Below, piece by piece: positions 58,520 to 64,000 of a DNA stretch of 64,000 bases. Location: assembly GCA_963843795.1 (NCBI GenBank), contig CAWJLW010000006.1, positions 2,356,001 through 2,420,000 on the forward strand. Reading direction: 5' to 3'. A model generated the notes under the pieces. That model had not been told where the DNA came from. It saw only the letters and a program-made list of their open reading frames with translations, and searched no databases. The translations under genes were made by a program, and so were the position numbers. The DNA is from an uncultured bacterium (GTDB lineage Bacteria; Armatimonadota; Abditibacteriia; Abditibacteriales; Abditibacteriaceae). Every line of letters starts with the position of its first letter. Within the stretch, counting starts at the first letter, position 1.

Positions 58520-58656
58520 AGCAACAAGTGTGGAAATTTTCCTTCAGGAGCGCAACGCGCGTTTGCTTGGCATTGTTTTTATTAGAAGTCAGCGCTACAA
58601 GTACTTGCAGCGAGAAATTCCGAAGTGTTCTGGAGGTAAAACTATCACTGCAAAAA

Positions 58657-58696
58657 TAATAAGGCCACAGCAATATATATTGCTGTGGCCTTATTA
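58657..58696. terminator. Perfect 40-bp palindrome downstream of the giant minus-strand gene
   Basis: TAATAAGGCCACAGCAATAT|ATATTGCTGTGGCCTTATTA. Confidence 0.75.
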
Positions 58697-58726
58697 CTTT
58701 TGCAACCAGATCAATAAGTTACGCAA

Positions 58727-61700
58727 TTACTGCGTGGTGTCAATTGGAGTAGCACCGGGACGCACGATGATTTGTACGTTATCTACGAAAGTCTGAATGA
58801 AGTAACCGACAAACGGTTGCAAGTCGGTGACGACAATCGGTTGATCGGCAGCGCCCAGAGTTGTGACCTGAGCGTTGACGATTCCGGCAGCTTGCGCGGC
58901 TTCCAGGCCCAAGAAACGACGACCATCAGGAGCAACAACGGTTGCATTCTGAATCGAAGCGGCATCGACACGAGCCGGATCGAACGGAAAGCCAATGAGG
59001 TTGAAACCAGCGTTGGCCGAGCGACTGCTCGGATCGCGGCGCAACGTGAATTGAAATTCGGTTGCACTCGTCGGTATGCGCGTCGGATCAAAGCTGGGCT
59101 TATTCAGCGAAACGCCCGCATTTTTGGGCTGCAAAGCAAGACCTTCTCCACGCCGAATGACCGAATTCGCATCCAAAGTTACATATTGCGAAGTCAGGGC
59201 ATCATAGCGCGAAAGCACATAGTTGACCGTGCCATTAGTGGCAACGGGTGGAAGGGTAAAGGCGCGAGCCACTGTTGTCGTACCGTAAGTTGCCGAACTA
59301 TCCGCATAAGGCACCGAGATTTGATACGACTGGCCCGGCACATAATCTTCTGCACCCGTTCCTGGAGGATCGGTCGGCACCAAAGCTAAGGCAATCGTCG
59401 GCACCGACACGTTTTGCCCAGCGGTTACGCGGAACTGCGCACTTTTTCCGGTGGCACTTTGTCCGCCACCGCTTAGCGACGCCGCGACCACGTAAACGCC
59501 AGGCTGCACGCCAGAGAAGGTGTATTTGCCATCGCTTCCAGTTCGCACTGGAGGTGCAGCATCTGTTGCACCGCTCGACAGCAACTGCACAATGGCACCC
59601 ACTGCGGGCCGTCCGTTGAACGACACACCACCACTGACCGACTGCGTGCGGAAGATAAAATCTTCGACCGTAGCGCCCGCCGAACCAGTCACTACAGCAG
59701 TTTTGGTCTGCGCGACACCATTGAAGGTAGTGCGCACCGTGTAGCTGCCTGGCGGCACGTTTTCAAAGGTATAAATCCCGCTGCTGTTGGTCTGCACGCG
59801 GCGTAATGTCGTCGTGCCTTGCAACAGATCGACATCTTGTCCAGCCTTTGGAGTTCCATCAACCAGAACTCGGCCGCGAATTGATTGCGAACGAATATCA
59901 AGTAGCACAATGGTTCGACCGCTGCCTCGTTTGATAGTCACCGCTTTCGATGCCGAGAGACCGCTCACTGTCGCGGAAACCAGATAAGTCGCTGGCTGCA
60001 CGTTATCAAAATTGAAGATGCCCTGAGCATTGGTGCGCACAGCAGCAACACGACGCCCAGCATAAGTCAGTTCGACCGGAGCATTCGGCGCAATTTTGCC
60101 ATTAAGCGTAACGCGACCGATGATTTGCTGTGCAATCAATTTAATTTGCGGTGCGATAGCGTTGCGACCACGCTGCACTTCAAAGACCGGAGTCCGGACC
60201 GTCTGGCCCTCGCTTGTAACCTGCACTTGATAACGACCGGCGGGAATATCGGTAAAGGTATAGATGCCGGAAGCATCGGTGATAGCACTGCGAACCGCCT
60301 GACCATTTAAGCCCAGAATCGCTCTCACACCCGGCAGCGGTGTTGTGTTGAGGAATACGCGACCACGAATAGTTTGCAGGAACAACTTCAAGTCGATATT
60401 CACCGCGTTGTTTCCGCGTGTGATAGTGACAGCCCGCGAAACGCTATCGCCGCGCGATGATGTGCGCACTGTAAAGGTGCCAACACCAACATCGGTAAAG
60501 CTATACACGCCATTGGCCTGGCTCGCAACAATTGCAATCACACGTCCGCTTTGCAACAGTTCGACACGAGCGCCGACGACCGGTTGGCCGTTGAGCGTAA
60601 CACGACCGCTAATAATTTGGGTTGCTAACTCCAGATTCGGCACCGGAGTTGTGTAAGGCGGCTGACCTTGCAACGATTCACCACGGCGAACATTGACGCT
60701 GACAAAATCGGTGCGGTCTATCACATTACCAGCTGGGCCAAAGCGCGTGGCTCGCACTTGGAAGACGGTGCCATTCGGAGCCACCACCAAACGATCTACG
60801 GAGTAGGTTCCGTCATTGGCCACCGCAGCTTGTGCGACCAGCTGACCGTTCTGGAACACCTCAACCGTGACGCCTCCTGTCGGATTGCCGTTGAGCGTGA
60901 CTGTACCGGTCAGCGTGTGCAAAAACAAAGCAAGTTCAACATTAGGCTGATTGCCCGCTTGCAATGATAAGGGCGGCGAAGTGGCGATATCCGTTCCATT
61001 GCGGCCCGGCACGCTCGATTGCACAAAGAAAGTCGTGTTGGGCAATTCATTGAACGAGAATGTGCCATCGGCTGCCGATGTCGTGGTACGACCGGGAACG
61101 GGATTACCATTGGCATCCAGCAATTGCACTGGCAAACCACCGGTCGGCACCCCATTGACCGTGACGCGACCCGAAAGAACCCGAGCAAATAATTCGATGG
61201 TCGGCGCTACCGCATCGCCACCAGTATTTGTTGAGGGGTTGAAAACCGACACCGTGAACGGCGCCGAATCGAAAGTTGCCCCACGACGCGAAGTACGCGC
61301 GATATAGGTTCCGGGCGGCACGTCCAAAAACGTGTAAGTGCCGTCGGCTGCCGTTTGGCCGCTCTTCACGGCTACACCTGAAGAAGTGTCGATCAGAGCG
61401 ATCGGTAAAACAGTATCTGGAGGGCCACCGTTGAGAGTGACACGACCAGTCACGTCCTGTTTAAACAGATAAATATTGGGAGCGACTACGTCTGCCTGTG
61501 CGACGGTGACCGTAATCGGCGCACTGACCAATGCCAGACCGGTTTCAGGTCGCGTGTAACGTGCGATGATTTGGTATGTCCCCGACTTGATATCAAAGAA
61601 CGAATAGTTGCCACCAGCTCCGCTTTGCGTAATAAGCGAGGTCACGCGTTGGTCATCAGCACGGCCCGGTGTAACATCGGTCAACTGCAAAGCTGCCCCG

Positions 61701-64000
61701 TTGAGCGGCGTTGCGTTCAAGAAAACTTTGCCAGTGATCGTACGACCCACCGGTACCAGAATCGGGCCACCGTTGATGAAGTTGCCGTTGGCGTCCAACT
61801 GCAACGGATCATCGGCAGCAGTATCGTTAGTGCCATCGTTGAGAATGAACGGGTTGGCATCCGGAATGTTAATGGGCTGCGGACGCTGAGCATCAGGAAT
61901 CAAACGGCGACCCAAATTGGGATCGGCAGTGAACGGCGAAATGGCACTGCCATCGGGCACGTCACCACCTTGCGAAATCAGACGGCCATCCGGGTTAAAA
62001 ATGACTTCCAGATCGACCTGAGTTGGCACACCCGCAAAGCTGAAGCGGCCACCGGAATCGGTTGTAGTCACTTTGACAAAACGCCCGCCGCTGGGGAACT
62101 GCGAAGTGGGCAACAATTCGGTTATCGAGCGCACCAGAACGCGCACACCAAAGAGCGGTGTATCATCGCGGCGGTCGGCAAATGTACCGTTACTCTGCGT
62201 CGCCACACCCGAAATCGAGGACAATGGTGCCGGATTCACACGGAAGTTGGCCGTAGATTGACGAGGGCCAAGGATGAAGATGCCCTGAGGATCACCAGAA
62301 AACGAGCCAACATAACCCGGATTGAGAGAATTGCCATTGGCATCGACCGCGGGACGAGCTACGTAGCCACCCGATTGGAAGCTCGAAGGCAGACCCAGAA
62401 GTTCATAAGTGCCAATGTTGCTCTGCTGACTGCTGGTGCGGACATAGTAAGGCCCACCTGGCCCATCAATTCGCAGCAAGAAATTGGGAATCGGATCGCC
62501 AGTAGCGTTGTTGCGCACCAAACCACGAACGCTACCAGTTTTGAAATAGTAGCGCATCTGATCGGCCAGCTCGGCGCGCGCACCTAACCGTGTGCCCAAG
62601 GAACGGGAACCCACAGGAGTTTGCACGGCGTTTTCAATTGTGTAACGACGATTGATGCCATCGAAGTTAAAGCCGAAAAAGACAACGCGCGATTGGAAAT
62701 TATTGAGGCGCGCGTCGTGTTCGATGCGCTGACCAACTGGGGTGCCATCAATATTGTAAGCAGGCAGCACACGCCCGTTGGTGATGGTTGTTGGAGCAAA
62801 GCCATCGGTTCCTGCAGTGCCTGGATCGTCATAAGGCCCAACTTCAGCAACACCATTGGATTCGCCCGCGTTATTGCCATCGAGATAAGAGTTAGTCGCT
62901 CTTTCTGATGTTGCAATGGGCGGAACTGGCCGATACGGCATCTGAATGCTATTGTCGGCAGCACCGACATTAAGCTCGAAACTGTTAGCTGATGGCGCAA
63001 GCGCCTGAACCGGGGAAATAAAGTCACCAGCATAGTTGGCACCCAGTTCGTTGTTTAAAAACGTATTGGTTTGCGTGCGATTCCCCGTTAGCGAAAAAGC
63101 AATGGAACGACCAGCGAGAAACAGGCGACCACCACGATTCAGGAAATTGGTCAAGTCGAGTTGCGTTTGAGTATCGACAATGGTCCCAGGGCCGACTGTA
63201 ACCAACCCAGCATAAGGCGCGCCCCAGATAATTGCCGAATTAGCAACCGGCAAACTTCGCGTTAAGGCCGGATTAGTGGGATTTGCTGGATCAATCTGCA
63301 GGGTCTGCGTGGGCGCATACAACAACATCACGTTGAACGGTACGGGGCCACGGGACAAAATGCGCCAAACATCCACTGTTGCCGGATCGAAGGACGAAGC
63401 GCGCGGTTGTGCTCCGCCCACGATACCACCGGGCATCGTCAAGTAATAATTTTCTACTGGTGGCGCGTTGAAGAAACGCGGCTGGCCCGAAGTGGCAGGG
63501 AAATTTTGCCCCTGCATATAATCCGAAACGAACAAGTCGTTGGTGGGGCTTGCTTTACTGAACGCCTGGTTGGTAAAGCCCCAGATGTTGTCGAAATTGA
63601 AAGTATTACCAGCGACATCAGTCAGTTGAATATCGAAATAATAATCTGTAACGTTCGGCGGCGTATAGCGCCCTTCCACATAATAAATGCCATCGCCCGC
63701 AACGGCACCGGCCTGACGTTCTGGCGGCGAACCATCGGTTGGATTGGGGCCAGCATCTGTGATAATCGAAATGCCATCCGTGTTCGGCGCAGCCAAGTTA
63801 CTAGCAGTAGCAAATAGTGCCCCGATGGGATTGGGTTTAATCTGCTTGAAAGTTTGGACAGGAATGTTCTCATTGACATTGCTCACGCCAGTGGCGTCAG
63901 AAGGAGTCGATGGATTAAAGACGTTAGGGCGGTTGGTAGCATCAAAGATACGAATCGCCACCGAGTTGAGGCCACTTTCACGTTCGTCCACAACAAAGGC
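58727..64000 (-). CDS. Giant surface protein with carboxypeptidase-regulatory-like (CnaB-type) repeats; 5' end outside the window
   Basis: Repeats of about 75-80 aa, GRVTLNG.P.....V.L...T...G.Y.F.DV.PG.Y; the frame stays open to the window edge. Confidence 0.85.
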   Translation of the reverse strand, partial: AFVVDERESGLNSVAIRIFDATNRPNVFNPSTPSDATGVSNVNENIPVQTFKQIKPNPIGALFATASNLAAPNTDGISIITDAGPNPTDGSPPERQAGAVAGDGIYYVEGRYTPPNVTDYYFDIQLTDVAGNTFNFDNIWGFTNQAFSKASPTNDLFVSDYMQGQNFPATSGQPRFFNAPPVENYYLTMPGGIVGGAQPRASSFDPATVDVWRILSRGPVPFNVMLLYAPTQTLQIDPANPTNPALTRSLPVANSAIIWGAPYAGLVTVGPGTIVDTQTQLDLTNFLNRGGRLFLAGRSIAFSLTGNRTQTNTFLNNELGANYAGDFISPVQALAPSANSFELNVGAADNSIQMPYRPVPPIATSERATNSYLDGNNAGESNGVAEVGPYDDPGTAGTDGFAPTTITNGRVLPAYNIDGTPVGQRIEHDARLNNFQSRVVFFGFNFDGINRRYTIENAVQTPVGSRSLGTRLGARAELADQMRYYFKTGSVRGLVRNNATGDPIPNFLLRIDGPGGPYYVRTSSQQSNIGTYELLGLPSSFQSGGYVARPAVDANGNSLNPGYVGSFSGDPQGIFILGPRQSTANFRVNPAPLSSISGVATQSNGTFADRRDDTPLFGVRVLVRSITELLPTSQFPSGGRFVKVTTTDSGGRFSFAGVPTQVDLEVIFNPDGRLISQGGDVPDGSAISPFTADPNLGRRLIPDAQRPQPINIPDANPFILNDGTNDTAADDPLQLDANGNFINGGPILVPVGRTITGKVFLNATPLNGAALQLTDVTPGRADDQRVTSLITQSGAGGNYSFFDIKSGTYQIIARYTRPETGLALVSAPITVTVAQADVVAPNIYLFKQDVTGRVTLNGGPPDTVLPIALIDTSSGVAVKSGQTAADGTYTFLDVPPGTYIARTSRRGATFDSAPFTVSVFNPSTNTGGDAVAPTIELFARVLSGRVTVNGVPTGGLPVQLLDANGNPVPGRTTTSAADGTFSFNELPNTTFFVQSSVPGRNGTDIATSPPLSLQAGNQPNVELALFLHTLTGTVTLNGNPTGGVTVEVFQNGQLVAQAAVANDGTYSVDRLVVAPNGTVFQVRATRFGPAGNVIDRTDFVSVNVRRGESLQGQPPYTTPVPNLELATQIISGRVTLNGQPVVGARVELLQSGRVIAIVASQANGVYSFTDVGVGTFTVRTSSRGDSVSRAVTITRGNNAVNIDLKLFLQTIRGRVFLNTTPLPGVRAILGLNGQAVRSAITDASGIYTFTDIPAGRYQVQVTSEGQTVRTPVFEVQRGRNAIAPQIKLIAQQIIGRVTLNGKIAPNAPVELTYAGRRVAAVRTNAQGIFNFDNVQPATYLVSATVSGLSASKAVTIKRGSGRTIVLLDIRSQSIRGRVLVDGTPKAGQDVDLLQGTTTLRRVQTNSSGIYTFENVPPGSYTVRTTFNGVAQTKTAVVTGSAGATVEDFIFRTQSVSGGVSFNGRPAVGAIVQLLSSGATDAAPPVRTGSDGKYTFSGVQPGVYVVAASLSGGGQSATGKSAQFRVTAGQNVSVPTIALALVPTDPPGTGAEDYVPGQSYQISVPYADSSATYGTTTVARAFTLPPVATNGTVNYVLSRYDALTSQYVTLDANSVIRRGEGLALQPKNAGVSLNKPSFDPTRIPTSATEFQFTLRRDPSSRSANAGFNLIGFPFDPARVDAASIQNATVVAPDGRRFLGLEAAQAAGIVNAQVTTLGAADQPIVVTDLQPFVGYFIQTFVDNVQIIVRPGATPIDTTQ

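Larger units (their letters stand above)
907..58607. repeat. Dispersed, highly iterated palindrome GCAAGTACTTGC (core CAAGTACTTG), at least 43 copies
   Basis: Core starts read by eye: 912, 2908, 4366, 6573, 7699, 8223, 9156, 9840, 12274, 16059, 16117, 17247, 19083, 20721, 22441, 22767, 24423, 25304, 26096, 26810, 28197, 29648, 30448, 32106, 35936, 38553, 39207, 39365, 40475, 42935, 42995, 46730, 46757, 49438, 50949, 51649, 52468, 53808, 55918, 57248, 57308, 57976, 58598. Confidence 0.97.

Noticed and set aside
907..58607. Palindrome copies interpreted as a CRISPR array
   Set aside because: The copies are dispersed at irregular kb-scale distances, lack regular spacers, and no cas genes are present.
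58608..64000. Absence of the palindrome over the last 5.4 kb as evidence of foreign DNA
   Set aside because: Coding density is only about one copy per 4 kb, and other long genes have gaps of about 3.7 kb, so this gap is not significant.

Overview
Bacterial chromosomal window, mostly housekeeping and carbohydrate/surface genes: pheS-pheT, trpD-trpC...trpB-trpA, serC, recO, actP-yjcH, kdsC, a DEAD-box helicase, GH27/GH5/GH30-like/GH106 glycosidases, a DUF1592-DUF1552 pair with c-type cytochromes and two giant repeat surface proteins. The protein styles suggest Abditibacteriota/Armatimonadota; this is inference only. The standout signal is a highly iterated palindrome, GCAAGTACTTGC (core CAAGTACTTG). 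I counted at least 43 core copies by eye, about 29 intergenic and 14 inside genes in all three reading frames. Many intergenic copies form the centre of copy-specific, loop-less palindromes of 20-56 bp, and two sit inside long inverted-repeat elements between pheS/pheT and trpB/trpA. No transposase, methyltransferase or other obvious cognate enzyme is in the window. Secondary oddities: a frameshifted doc toxin between two antitoxin-like paralogues inside the trp cluster, a HAD-deaminase fusion, a degenerate J-domain/solute-binding fusion, a HEPN-like/CBS protein and a PheT lacking the B2 domain. No rRNA, tRNA or CRISPR array was recognised.
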